This document shows, in pieces, positions 17,206-27,638 of a stretch of DNA of 64,000 nt. This DNA comes from an uncultured Bacteroidales bacterium (GTDB lineage Bacteria; Bacteroidota; Bacteroidia; Bacteroidales; VadinHA17). The position numbers and the translations under genes are program-made. Each line of letters begins with the position of its first letter. Within the stretch, counting starts at the first letter, position 1. The notes under the pieces are model-generated. The model did no database searches and was not told the DNA's origin. It saw only the letters and a list, made by a program, of their open reading frames with translations. The stretch spans positions 281,208 to 345,207 of the forward strand of contig CAVYYH010000008.1 of NCBI GenBank assembly GCA_963772705.1, written 5' to 3'.

Positions 17206-20200
17206 ATGAGTGAAGCGATCCTGCGGGCAATGATGGAGTTGTTCGCCCTGATAGTAAAGCAGGACGGGGGTATGCTGCAAAGCGAGATGAATTATGTCTC
17301 TGAATTCCTTAACAAGCAGCTGCCCCATAAAAGCGCATCTGAATATATGCGGCTCTTCCTTGATAATGCGGGACCGCTGCAGGTGAACAAGACCAGGACT
17401 GACACAGAAACAGCCTCTGTAAGAGACTCCGTCAGGATTTTCACGCTTTGCAAGCAGATTAACAAGACCCTTTCACAGGAGCAGAGAATAATTGCCCTCC
17501 TGAGATGTTTTGAACTGATTGACTCTGACAAACAGTACACACCTCAGAGGATGAACATCATCAATACCATTGCAGAGGTATTCAGGGTGTCACAGGAAGA
17601 GTTTCAGAGCATTTGGCTTTTTACGAGGGAAGAGGAAAAGGATAAATTCAATGATCCGGCAATCATGCTGATTGGTGTCGGAGGCTCTGACGAAAGCTAT
17701 GATGCGGGAAGTGGTTTTTTTGTGTTCCTGAAGATTGCCAGTGTAAATCTTTATTTCATACGGTCGTTCTGCCCGGGGACAGCCCTACTGAACGGACTCC
17801 CGATGACAGGCAGCAAGATCTATTCTTTTGCCCAGGGCAGCTCAGTGCAGGCACCTCCTTCACTGACGGTTTATTACGGTGATGTAACTGCCAGATATGT
17901 TTCATATGCCGATGTCCTTCGGCTTTCCTTTGTTGCTGACCGGCTCACCTACAGCTTCCCGGACGGCTCACCAGCTATTTCTGACCTGAGTTTTTCAACC
18001 CGTGAGGGTAAACTGACAGGCATACTTGGGGCAAGCGGTACCGGTAAGACAACGCTGCTGAATCTGCTGAGCGGACTTCTGAAACCGGAGTCAGGTGATG
18101 TCAGGATCAACGGAACATCAATCTACTCGCAGAGTGACAAGCTTGACGGCGTGATAGGGTATGTCCCGCAGGACGACCTCCTTGTTGAAGAGCTGACAGT
18201 GTTTGACAATCTCTTCTATGCAGCCTCGCTCTGCCTTGCCGGAAAGAGCAGGAAAGAGCTTACGGACATAGTCAACCAGACACTGGTAATGCTTGGTCTG
18301 TACGAAAAAAGGAATTACAGGGTTGGCTCTCCTCTCGACAAAATAATAAGCGGAGGACAGAGAAAGAGGCTGAATATAGCACTGGAGCTCGTCAGGGAGC
18401 CCTCCGTGCTCTTCCTTGACGAACCGACATCAGGATTGTCATCACGTGACTCCGAGAACGTTATTGACCTGCTTCATGACCTTACTTTCAAGGGAAAACT
18501 GGTGATAACGGTGGTGCATCAGCCCTCTTCGGAGATATTCAAGGGCTTTGACAATGTACTTGTACTTGATCAGAATGGCCATTTGGTCTTCTATGGCAAT
18601 CCCATTGAAGCCATAGTACACTTTAAAACACTCGATGCACAGATAAACAATGAAGTGGGCGAATGTCCCTCGTGCGGTAATGCGAATTCAGAGACGCTCT
18701 TCAATATCCTCGAGGCCAGGGTACTTGATGAGTACGGCCGCGATACCGACAAAAGGAGGGTGTCACCTGCCGAGTGGGCCGAAGCCTTCAGAAAGAAACA
18801 CCCTGCTGTCGAAGGGAATGAGGTTGCCACCCCTGCCTATTCTAATCTGCACAGACCCGGCTGGTGGAAGCAGGTTTCGATATACCTTTCACGCGATGTA
18901 AGGAGTAAGGCAGCCAACAGTCAGTATCTTATGCTGATGCTGCTGGAAGGACCTGTCCTCGGCCTGATACTCTCATTCATAATAAGATACATTGCAGATC
19001 CTTCATCAGATGTATATGTATTCAGGGAAAATGAAAATATTCCCATATACATATTTATGAGTGTCATAGTAGCTCTCTTCCTTGGCCTGACAATAAGCGC
19101 CGAAGAGCTGTTCAGAGACAGGAAGATACTCAAGAGGGAACACTTCCTTAATCTCAGCAGGGGAAGCTACCTTCTGTCGAAGGTGGCAGTACTGATACTG
19201 ATCTCAGGATTGCAGACCTTTCTCTTCCTCATTGTTGCCAATCCTGTACTGGGAATCAAAGGACTGTTCTTTTCATACTGGGCTGTACTGTTCACCACTG
19301 CCTTCTGTGCCAACATGATAGGGCTGAATATCTCATCGGCTTTCAACTCGGCAATAACGATTTATATAGTCATCCCAGTTCTGATGATCCCGATGATGGT
19401 ACTCAGCGGCGCGATGTTTCCGTTTGACAAGCTGAACAGGAAGATCGGCAGTGTCGACAAGGTGCCCCTGATTGCAGAGGCCATGCCCACCCGATGGGCC
19501 TATGAGGCACTGATGGTCAGACAGTTCACCGGTAATGAATATGGGCTCAGGGTCTATCCCCTGAGGCAGCAGATAAGCATCGCGGACTTTAACACCATTT
19601 ATCGTATACCACGGGTCATGGACGCTCTTGAAGTGGCCATGAGAAACATGGAAGGGGAAGTAAGGGTCTCTCCTGATGCGAACAACCTTAAACTTATCAG
19701 GAACGAATTCGGGACCATTGCATCAGCCGGAAACCTTAAGCCGTTCACCGGCATTGATTCTGTCACTGCCGGACTCTTCACTGCGGATCTTGGCAGGCGG
19801 GCCTTCGCCTGGCTCTCGGAAGCGGAGAAGGAATTCAGGAGGATCAGCAATGCCGCTGACCTCAGGCTTGATACCTTCGTGAGCAATAACAGGCAGGTAC
19901 TGAACAGCCTGTATAATGACTACCATAATGACAAGCTTGAGGAAATAGTAAGAAAAGTATATGAAAAGAATAAGATCCTTGAATACAAGGGAAGATTTAT
20001 ACAAAACATCGACCTTATCTATCTCGAACCACAGCATGCAGGCGGGTTAAGCTTCCGCACCCACTTCATGGCACCGGTAAAAAGCTTTTTCGGATATAAG
20101 ACTGACACCTTCACATTCAACATTCTTCTGGTGCTCTTCTCAACACTTGTTCTTTATATCCTTCTCTATTTCGAGGTGCTTAAGCGTATCATTTCCTTCT

Positions 20201-20247
20201 TCGGGAACCTCAGGGTCCAAAAAAAGCAAAACGGACGCATGGAATGA
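17206..20247 (+). CDS. fused ABC transporter: TerB-like N-terminal domain, ABCG-type ATPase, ABC-2 permease and a C-terminal extension
   Basis: 1013 aa. N-terminal AILRAMMELFALIVKQDGGMLQSEMNYVSEFL is TerB-like. Walker A is GASGTGKTT. Signature/Walker B is SGGQRKRLNIALELVREPSVLFLDEPTSGLS. Six hydrophobic helices are followed by ~230 aa and a final TM helix. Confidence 0.85.
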   Translation: MSEAILRAMMELFALIVKQDGGMLQSEMNYVSEFLNKQLPHKSASEYMRLFLDNAGPLQVNKTRTDTETASVRDSVRIFTLCKQINKTLSQEQRIIALLRCFELIDSDKQYTPQRMNIINTIAEVFRVSQEEFQSIWLFTREEEKDKFNDPAIMLIGVGGSDESYDAGSGFFVFLKIASVNLYFIRSFCPGTALLNGLPMTGSKIYSFAQGSSVQAPPSLTVYYGDVTARYVSYADVLRLSFVADRLTYSFPDGSPAISDLSFSTREGKLTGILGASGTGKTTLLNLLSGLLKPESGDVRINGTSIYSQSDKLDGVIGYVPQDDLLVEELTVFDNLFYAASLCLAGKSRKELTDIVNQTLVMLGLYEKRNYRVGSPLDKIISGGQRKRLNIALELVREPSVLFLDEPTSGLSSRDSENVIDLLHDLTFKGKLVITVVHQPSSEIFKGFDNVLVLDQNGHLVFYGNPIEAIVHFKTLDAQINNEVGECPSCGNANSETLFNILEARVLDEYGRDTDKRRVSPAEWAEAFRKKHPAVEGNEVATPAYSNLHRPGWWKQVSIYLSRDVRSKAANSQYLMLMLLEGPVLGLILSFIIRYIADPSSDVYVFRENENIPIYIFMSVIVALFLGLTISAEELFRDRKILKREHFLNLSRGSYLLSKVAVLILISGLQTFLFLIVANPVLGIKGLFFSYWAVLFTTAFCANMIGLNISSAFNSAITIYIVIPVLMIPMMVLSGAMFPFDKLNRKIGSVDKVPLIAEAMPTRWAYEALMVRQFTGNEYGLRVYPLRQQISIADFNTIYRIPRVMDALEVAMRNMEGEVRVSPDANNLKLIRNEFGTIASAGNLKPFTGIDSVTAGLFTADLGRRAFAWLSEAEKEFRRISNAADLRLDTFVSNNRQVLNSLYNDYHNDKLEEIVRKVYEKNKILEYKGRFIQNIDLIYLEPQHAGGLSFRTHFMAPVKSFFGYKTDTFTFNILLVLFSTLVLYILLYFEVLKRIISFFGNLRVQKKQNGRME

Positions 20248-20285
20248 CCATTTTTCTTACATTTGTATATTAACATTGCTTTCTG

Positions 20286-21203
20286 ATGAAAGGAATCATA
20301 ATTAAGCTGATTGCAGTTTTACTGGTTGTTTCTGTCTGTTCGTGCAGGAACAGTGCGACGAGGCAGGGCAAGATGCAATTTCCCGTTGCTGACTCGGTAC
20401 CCGCCGGAGAGGCTGAGGCGCTGAGTGACGAAGCGCTCGCCGACATAGTTCAGAATATGGCCTCACCCGTCGAGATTGCAGCTATCCTCCAGGCAATGGA
20501 GGTCCCTTTCTCCGCCGGCTATCTTGCTCCCACACAGGGAGCTGACAAGCTCTCAACCAACTTCGGCAAGGCCATCATGCTTGGCATCTACGGGGCTGAC
20601 CTCGGCTATCTCAACATGTACGGGAAGACAGGCAATTCAATTGATGTGCTGACAACCATTAAAACCCTTGCAGACGGCCTCCGTGTTGGACAATACTTTG
20701 ACTTCGAGACGCTTAAGCGACTATCGATAAATAACAGCAACCTTGATTCGCTCCTCTTCCTGTCAGTCAGTTCATATAACAAGATTGATGAATACCTCAG
20801 GGATAACGGACGCGGGTCAATATCAGCCCTTATGATAGCAGGGGTATGGATAGAGGGTCAGTACCTGGCTACGCAGGTGGTGTCGGACCACCCGGATAAA
20901 ATACTCAGAGGCCGCATCGGCGAACAGAAAATAATCCTGAATGATCTTCTGATGCTGCTTCGCCCCTACAGAAACAGCAGCAAAGAATACACCGCCCTGG
21001 TTGAGATGATGGAGGGGATCAGTGCTGCCTACAGAGATGTGAACATAACCTATAAGCTGGGCGAACCGGAAACCGTTGAACAGGACGGGCGGCTGGTGAT
21101 GATACAACATGAGCAGAGCAATGTTGAGATGACTGACGAACAGCTGGCAGTAATAGCAGCGTTATCAGAAGATGTCAGAAACAAACTAATATCAGGTGTA
21201 TAA
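20286..21203 (+). CDS. lipoprotein of unknown function (mostly helical)
   Basis: 305 aa. Lipobox VSVCSC. No recognised motif. It starts 39 nt after the ABC gene on the same strand. Confidence 0.65.
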   Translation: MKGIIIKLIAVLLVVSVCSCRNSATRQGKMQFPVADSVPAGEAEALSDEALADIVQNMASPVEIAAILQAMEVPFSAGYLAPTQGADKLSTNFGKAIMLGIYGADLGYLNMYGKTGNSIDVLTTIKTLADGLRVGQYFDFETLKRLSINNSNLDSLLFLSVSSYNKIDEYLRDNGRGSISALMIAGVWIEGQYLATQVVSDHPDKILRGRIGEQKIILNDLLMLLRPYRNSSKEYTALVEMMEGISAAYRDVNITYKLGEPETVEQDGRLVMIQHEQSNVEMTDEQLAVIAALSEDVRNKLISGV

Positions 21204-21204
21204 G

Positions 21205-21645
21205 ATGAAGCTCAGGATTTTCATTCTTTCGTTGTCACTTGTACTTTTACCGGCTCTTCTCAGAAGTCAGCCTTCCACAGATGATCTTGTGAGCGGCTGT
21301 GTTATGGCTGCCGGTGCAAACACAACCTATCTGAAAGACTTCAGGATTCAGCTGCCGAAAGCAGAAACAGGCATCGCAGCACCGGTACATAAGGCGAATA
21401 TGTACCTTATGAAGAACATGAAATACAGGTTCTCACTCTGTAATGCCCCCGGTTCAACAGGAGACCTCTTTATTACAATCTATGACCAGGGTAAAGAGCT
21501 GATATCATCATTCAATAAAAGCACCGGAAAGAATTATACCACTGTTGACTTTGTATGCAACAAGACAGGGCTCTATAACCTCTGGTTTGGTTTTGTCGCG
21601 GGTGCACAGGGTTCAGGTGTGGGAGTGGTATCACTCATCAAATGA
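21205..21645 (+). CDS. small secreted protein of unknown function (beta-rich)
   Basis: ATG at 21205 lies 2 nt after the upstream stop. Signal peptide MKLRIFILSLSLVLLPALLRSQ. The 21196 GTG start in the track is less likely. Confidence 0.6.
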   Translation: MKLRIFILSLSLVLLPALLRSQPSTDDLVSGCVMAAGANTTYLKDFRIQLPKAETGIAAPVHKANMYLMKNMKYRFSLCNAPGSTGDLFITIYDQGKELISSFNKSTGKNYTTVDFVCNKTGLYNLWFGFVAGAQGSGVGVVSLIK

Positions 21646-22632
21646 TCAGTAAGGCCACATCCGCGAGATAACTATCATCACCGCAACCAGCCAGAAGAAT
21701 ATCTCTGTTGTTAGAACGCGCTTCGTGAATGCGCAGTAGTTTGACATTACATAAGCTAACGGCATGGCTGCCAGAGCCATAAGCTCGACAGACACTCCCG
21801 GAATAAGCAGGAACACTACTGCACTGAGTATCATCATCCAGAGCAGAAGAGTAAATATCTTTCGTGACCTGATCTTTTTTGACGGCAGCTCAGTAAGCAG
21901 AGCGCCAAGAGCCTGAAGCAACCAGAGTGCAATAACTATCAGTAGAATTATCAGGGTGCGGCTCCAGTAAACCGAAGCAGACTCTTCAAAAAGGTTATTC
22001 CCTATTATCGACGTAAGGTCGGAAAGCTCCCTGCCTGTAAGATACCACACTGCATACAGTACCAGCCAGGGCAGGAGGGCTCCGAAAATGGTAATGGTTA
22101 TCTCCCGGATGTCAGGCGACCTGAGAATCAGTAACCCTATTATCGCCAGCAGCACAAACCAGATTGCCCCGGCGTAGAACATGCCTCCGAATGATATTAT
22201 CAGGGCAGCATCGAACAGGTTGTATGCGATACCGTTCATCCTGTAGGCAGCCATCATGCGCCACAGGCCTATCGTGACAAAAAGGGCTGCGAAGAGACAT
22301 GGATTAAGCACCATCTCTCCCGGAAAGACCGAGTAAAACAATATGTAGAACAATGCAGGCAGGTAGGTACGGCGTGGTATAAAGAAAAGTGTGGTGTTGA
22401 ACCGCACTATGATAACTACCAGAAGCAGCATTACTGACAGCGATGCAAAGACAGCAGCAAGAGGAGAGTCTGAAAGGAAGGTGAGAATAATATTCCACAA
22501 TGGCATGACCGTGTCAGCGGCAGGAGCCATGATCCCTGGAGGATCAATAAAATATTCTGCCCACAGCGCACCTGTTATTACCGTCAGCATTAACAACGGG
22601 CCGATGCCTGTGCCCCTGAATAACTTTATCAT
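21646..22632 (-). CDS. polytopic membrane protein of unknown function
   Basis: 328 aa with about 9-10 hydrophobic segments. Its start overlaps the purD stop by 4 nt (co-transcribed). Confidence 0.7.
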   Translation of the reverse strand: MIKLFRGTGIGPLLMLTVITGALWAEYFIDPPGIMAPAADTVMPLWNIILTFLSDSPLAAVFASLSVMLLLVVIIVRFNTTLFFIPRRTYLPALFYILFYSVFPGEMVLNPCLFAALFVTIGLWRMMAAYRMNGIAYNLFDAALIISFGGMFYAGAIWFVLLAIIGLLILRSPDIREITITIFGALLPWLVLYAVWYLTGRELSDLTSIIGNNLFEESASVYWSRTLIILLIVIALWLLQALGALLTELPSKKIRSRKIFTLLLWMMILSAVVFLLIPGVSVELMALAAMPLAYVMSNYCAFTKRVLTTEIFFWLVAVMIVISRMWPY

Positions 22633-23912
22633 CTGGCAGCGGTTTTCAGATCAAATCCGATATCTTTCCTGTAACAGACCCCTTCAAAGCGGATCTTCGA
22701 AACACTCCTGTAGCTCTTTTCCAGAGCCTCTTCCATTGTCCTTCCAAGGGAGGTGACTGCCAATACCCGTCCGCCTGAAGTCACAAGCCGGCCGTCACTT
22801 TCTCTTGTTCCGGCATGATAAACAATACTCTCCGTCACCTGGTCAGTGCCGGAAATTGGAAATCCCTTGCTGAAGGCATCAGGATATCCTCCGGAGACCA
22901 TCATCACCGTCACTGCCGTGTCGGTGCGGGTCACCAGACTCCGTTTGTCAAGATTTCCTTCAGCCACCCCTTCGAGAAGGTCGAACAGATCGCTTTCAAT
23001 GCGCGGCATGATAACCTCAGTCTCGGGATCGCCAAGACGCGCATTGTACTCTATGACGTACGGTTCTCCCCTGACATTCATAAGCCCGAAGAAGATAAAA
23101 CCCCTGTAGTCTATCCCCTCCTGTCTGAGCCCGTCAATTGTGGGTATTATGATCTTCTGCTCCACCTTTTTCATAAACTCCGGGGTGGCAAAAGAGACAG
23201 GTGACACGGCTCCCATGCCGCCGGTGTTCTTACCGGTGTCACCCTCACCAATACGTTTATAATCTTTTGCTTCAGGCAGGATTTTATAAGACACACCGTC
23301 GGTTATGACAAATGCTGACAATTCTATTCCTGCAAGATACTCTTCGATGACAACCCTGCTGCCTGCTTTTCCGAACCGTCCGGCGAGCATGGCACTCAGT
23401 TCACTGACCGCTTCGTCGTGATCATTCAGTATAAGAACTCCTTTCCCTGCGGCAAGTCCGTCTGCCTTAAGTACATAAGGTGGCCCGAGGGTTTTAAGGA
23501 ACGAAGGAGCCTCATCACTGTTCTCTGATGTAAAGGTTCGGTACCTGGCTGTCGGTATGCCATGACGCTGCATGAAGGCCTTGGCAAAATCCTTGCTCCC
23601 CTCAAGCAGTGCGCCCCTGCGGCAAGGCCCTATCACGGGCACATCAGCCAGCTGTGCATCAGCTGAGAAAAAGTCGCGTATACCCTCAACCAGGGGGGCT
23701 TCCGGACCGACAATAACCATATCGATGCTGTTGCCTGTCACCGCTTCTTTTACTGCCACGAAATCAAGCGGATCAACAGGCAGATTAACAGCCATGGCAG
23801 CCGTACCGGGATTTCCCGGTGCCACATATAACCTCAGCGGCCTGCCACTCTGCGCCAGCTTCCATGTGAGAGCGTGTTCACGCCCTCCTGATCCGAGAAT
23901 AAGAATATTCAT
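22629..23912 (-). CDS. purD: phosphoribosylamine--glycine ligase
   Basis: MNILILGSGGREHAL..., an ATP-grasp core, and ...VLAVT..G....A... at the C-terminus. Full-length at 427 aa. Confidence 0.95.
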   Translation of the reverse strand: MNILILGSGGREHALTWKLAQSGRPLRLYVAPGNPGTAAMAVNLPVDPLDFVAVKEAVTGNSIDMVIVGPEAPLVEGIRDFFSADAQLADVPVIGPCRRGALLEGSKDFAKAFMQRHGIPTARYRTFTSENSDEAPSFLKTLGPPYVLKADGLAAGKGVLILNDHDEAVSELSAMLAGRFGKAGSRVVIEEYLAGIELSAFVITDGVSYKILPEAKDYKRIGEGDTGKNTGGMGAVSPVSFATPEFMKKVEQKIIIPTIDGLRQEGIDYRGFIFFGLMNVRGEPYVIEYNARLGDPETEVIMPRIESDLFDLLEGVAEGNLDKRSLVTRTDTAVTVMMVSGGYPDAFSKGFPISGTDQVTESIVYHAGTRESDGRLVTSGGRVLAVTSLGRTMEEALEKSYRSVSKIRFEGVCYRKDIGFDLKTAAR

Positions 23913-23961
23913 TGTCTGGTTTTCGTTCCCAACTCAAAAATAGTATTTAAGATGAAATAAC

Positions 23962-24588
23962 TCATCCGGGCATGGAATTATCGTCGATTGAGCCGAAAAG
24001 GTATCCCTGTTCCATCGATATCATAAGAAACCTGTCGAGAAAGGCAGTTACGTGGCTGCCGGGAGAATCATGCAGCACAATGACCGAGCCGGGGTGCAGC
24101 CTCCGCCTGAGAATTGACAGCGAAGCCTCCGGATCCAGCTTCCTGTCAAAATCATAGGGCATGATATCCCAGAATACCACCCTCATCGATCTTTCGAGTA
24201 TCTTGTACTGCCTGCGCCTTATCCTCCCATAGGGTGGCCTGAACAGATTACTGTGCGTTACTGCTTTTCCTTTCATGATGTCAGAGCAATATGTCCTGAC
24301 ACTTGTGCTCAGACCGTTAAGGTGGCTGTACCCATGATTGCCGATAGTGTGTCCCTCCGCAGCAATGCGGGCGAAGAGACCGGGATATTTCAACACTTTT
24401 TCCCCGGTACAAAAGAAGGTTGCCTTTACATTCCTGGCTTTCAGAATGTCAAGTATGGCAGGTGTTGATGACGGGTCAGGACCGTCATCGAATGTCAGGA
24501 AGAGCTTATTCTCCGAACCAGTCATCCTGAAGAGTGCATCAGGATATATGAACCTTGCGGGAAAAGGCTTTCCGTACTGCCTCATCAT
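23962..24588 (-). CDS. polysaccharide deacetylase (NodB-type) family protein
   Basis: LTFDDGPD, ATFF..G, and HTIGNHGYSH motifs. Confidence 0.85.
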   Translation of the reverse strand: MMRQYGKPFPARFIYPDALFRMTGSENKLFLTFDDGPDPSSTPAILDILKARNVKATFFCTGEKVLKYPGLFARIAAEGHTIGNHGYSHLNGLSTSVRTYCSDIMKGKAVTHSNLFRPPYGRIRRRQYKILERSMRVVFWDIMPYDFDRKLDPEASLSILRRRLHPGSVIVLHDSPGSHVTAFLDRFLMISMEQGYLFGSIDDNSMPG

Positions 24589-27500
24589 CTTCCCGGCACC
24601 TCGCCGTAAAATCTGTTAAGCTCCACGGCAGCCCTGTCTGACAGCTCCGTCATGCCAAGGGAGACAGCCACGTTGTAAATCTCATAGATTGACTGCAGTG
24701 CAAGCCCGGTGTGAATATCAAGTCCGTACATCTTTCCTTCCGGCAGTCCGGTGATAAAGTTCAGCGACACGACAGAGTTGTCTATGATGGCTGAAAACAT
24801 CTCCATGGCCTGATCTGTTCTGCCTGCCAGCGCAAGCGCTTCAATGAGGTCAATGCTGTAATAGTCAAAAGGCATCTTTTCAGGAGGGACGATGCCAATT
24901 CCTTTTTCAGCAGCAGCGATTGCCCTTACGGTGTCGCCTTCTGCGACAAGTGCTTTTGACAGCCTTCCGAACTGACGCCTGAAAATATCAAAGAGCCTTC
25001 TGTTGTTCTCATCGAGATATACCCCCTCTTTTTCTGCATTTCCCCATTTGAACCTGTTCATCATATTCTCGTACATCTCTTCCGTGTCGACCATGCCCGT
25101 CTCTCCGGGTGAAGGGCGGTCTATTCTTACAGGGCTTACCCTGTAGGCCATCCCTTCAAGGACAAAGAAATTTTCGAGCCCGATGTATGTTGAGCCCGGG
25201 GCGGTCACTGCATAATATACCGGGCGCTTCCAGTCGTTTCCTGCCATGATGTCCATGACAGCAAGGTCATTCTTCGAGGCCATGGTCCCCTTGAAAGTCC
25301 AGATAAGGGGCGAGATTATCCTGTCAGCATGATAAGGGCGCACAGCTCCGGTACTGATGACGTGTGCCGAATCAACATCAATGAGGAACTCCTTAACAGG
25401 AATGAAATTGTAAAAGTCACCACGGCCTGACAGGTCGACCTTGGCCTTGGGATCATCAGACCCTGCAAACTCCACCACCTTCTTAATATTATAGGGCTCC
25501 TTCACCAGTGCCTCGACGGGCAGCTGAACACGCTCACCCTCGACGTACTTATCATAGTGAAGGGTAAATGGAAGGGGATCGGACTCGAAGGCCTTCCTGC
25601 TCATCGATTCGATATAGAATCCGCTCTGGAGATAGCTGAGGTTTGCAACCCTGACATCGGTGCGGAAACCCTCCACATCCTGAATATACCACAATGGAAA
25701 TGAATCATTGTCTCCGTACGTCAGGAGTATGGCATTCTCATCGCATGAACTGAGGTAGTTGGAAGCAATATCCCTCGCCGTATACCTGTGTGAACGGTTG
25801 TGGTCATCATAATTCTGAACAAGCATCAGCACAGGCACTGCTGCCGTCAGCAGCACTGCCGGGACTGCGGCTGCGATATGCTCACCGGTGTGCTTCTTCA
25901 GCAGGTCATAAACAAGCATCACTCCCATGCCGATCCATATCGCAAAGGCATAGAATGAGCCTGCATAGGCATAGTCACGCTCTCTCGGCTGACTCGGATA
26001 CTGGTTCAGGTAGACAACTATCGCCAGTCCGGTCATGATGAAGAGGAGGGCAACAAGCCAAACCCCCTTCCTGTCGCGGCGGTATTGCCAGAAGAGGCCT
26101 GCCAGCCCTGCCAGCAGAGGAAGGAAGTAATATTTGTTTCGGGCAGGGTTATTCACGTTATCCGCAGGCAGCAGCGCCTGGTCTCCCAGCCTTGCCTTGT
26201 CTATGGCCGTGATGCCTGAGATCCAGTTGCCGTCAATCACGTTGCCGTTACCCTGTGCATCATTCTGGCGTCCGGCAAAGTTCCACATGAAGTACCTCGT
26301 ATACATGAAACCCACCTGGTACCTGAAGAAAAAGCGCAGGTTCTCGCCGAAACCGGGGAGGGTGACCTGCTCATTCTCTCCGCCCCGCCTTAATGTGACT
26401 TTGGTCCCCTTGATGCGGCCCCAGTGTTCATACTGACTGATGTGATCCGGGTCAGAGCTGTACATCCTCGGGAAGAGGGTGTTGAACCGCTTGTCATATA
26501 CGTATTCAGGATAATAGTAAGGTTCATATTTACCGTTCTTCTTATTGTAACCCGCCACCTCATCCACGACATCAACCACAGGTGCTGAGTAGTAATGACC
26601 GTAGATAAGCGGGGTCCTTCCATACTGGGTACGGTTAAGGTAATAGAGGAACGAGAAGACATCAGAAGGATCATTCTGGTTCATCGGAGGATGGGCATTG
26701 GCCCTGATGATGATCACTGCAAAGGAGGAGTAACCCAGCATCAGGACTGCGACAACGGTAAGAATGTAATTGAGAATGATCTTCCTGGTCTTTATCGAAT
26801 ACCATATTCCGGATATCAGCAGTCCGACAAAGAGCACCAGGTATAAATAGAGGCCGCTGTTATATGGCAGCCCGAGTATGTTTACCAGGAGAAGCTCAAA
26901 CCATCCTGCGGCCTTTGCCACACCGGGAATAAAGATAAAGTTAAGGGTTCCTAGGAGGGCAAACGATATTATCACAGCGTATGTCAGCCCCTTTCGTGTG
27001 ACCTCGTATTTCCTGAAATAGTAAAGCAGTACAAGTACCGGCAGTGCCAGAAGGTTGAGCAGGTGAACACCTATTGACAATCCCATGAGATAGGCGATAA
27101 GGATGATCCATCTGTTGGCGTGAGGGTCATCGGCTTCATCATACCATCTCAGCATAGCCCAGAAGACGGCAGCCGTAAAGAGTGAGCTGGTGGCATAGAC
27201 CTCTCCCTCGACGGCTGAGAACCAGAAGGTGTCAGAAAACGCATATGCCAGGGCGCCGACAGCGCCGGAGGCAATGACAGCTATTGCTTTTCCTCCGGTA
27301 ATGAGAACATCATCACCTGTTGCCAGTCGTACAAGCCTGGTGATGGTCCAGAAGAGGAAAAGTATGGTGAAGGCGCTGGCAAAGGCTGACAACATGTTTA
27401 CCATCATCGCCACCCTGGAGGTGTCTGCCCCTGCGAAGAGAGAAAAAAAGCGGCCGAGGAGCATGAAGAAGGGTGCCCCGGGAGGGTGTCCCACCTCGAG

Positions 27501-27638
27501 CCTGAAGGAGCACAGGATAAACTCCCCGCAGTCCCAGAAACTGGCGGTAGGTTCAATAGTAAGAAGGTAAAGCAACAGCGAGATGGCGAACACTGACCAT
27601 CCGGCTATGTTGTTCCAGAAGCGGAATCCTTTTATCAT
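24585..27638 (-). CDS. DUF2723 domain membrane protein (predicted dolichyl/polyprenyl-phosphate-dependent glycosyltransferase-like)
   Basis: 1017 aa. The N-terminal SFWDCGEF...VGHPPGAPFFML hallmark of DUF2723. Many TM helices and a TPR-like soluble C-terminal part. Confidence 0.85.
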   Translation of the reverse strand: MIKGFRFWNNIAGWSVFAISLLLYLLTIEPTASFWDCGEFILCSFRLEVGHPPGAPFFMLLGRFFSLFAGADTSRVAMMVNMLSAFASAFTILFLFWTITRLVRLATGDDVLITGGKAIAVIASGAVGALAYAFSDTFWFSAVEGEVYATSSLFTAAVFWAMLRWYDEADDPHANRWIILIAYLMGLSIGVHLLNLLALPVLVLLYYFRKYEVTRKGLTYAVIISFALLGTLNFIFIPGVAKAAGWFELLLVNILGLPYNSGLYLYLVLFVGLLISGIWYSIKTRKIILNYILTVVAVLMLGYSSFAVIIIRANAHPPMNQNDPSDVFSFLYYLNRTQYGRTPLIYGHYYSAPVVDVVDEVAGYNKKNGKYEPYYYPEYVYDKRFNTLFPRMYSSDPDHISQYEHWGRIKGTKVTLRRGGENEQVTLPGFGENLRFFFRYQVGFMYTRYFMWNFAGRQNDAQGNGNVIDGNWISGITAIDKARLGDQALLPADNVNNPARNKYYFLPLLAGLAGLFWQYRRDRKGVWLVALLFIMTGLAIVVYLNQYPSQPRERDYAYAGSFYAFAIWIGMGVMLVYDLLKKHTGEHIAAAVPAVLLTAAVPVLMLVQNYDDHNRSHRYTARDIASNYLSSCDENAILLTYGDNDSFPLWYIQDVEGFRTDVRVANLSYLQSGFYIESMSRKAFESDPLPFTLHYDKYVEGERVQLPVEALVKEPYNIKKVVEFAGSDDPKAKVDLSGRGDFYNFIPVKEFLIDVDSAHVISTGAVRPYHADRIISPLIWTFKGTMASKNDLAVMDIMAGNDWKRPVYYAVTAPGSTYIGLENFFVLEGMAYRVSPVRIDRPSPGETGMVDTEEMYENMMNRFKWGNAEKEGVYLDENNRRLFDIFRRQFGRLSKALVAEGDTVRAIAAAEKGIGIVPPEKMPFDYYSIDLIEALALAGRTDQAMEMFSAIIDNSVVSLNFITGLPEGKMYGLDIHTGLALQSIYEIYNVAVSLGMTELSDRAAVELNRFYGEVPGR

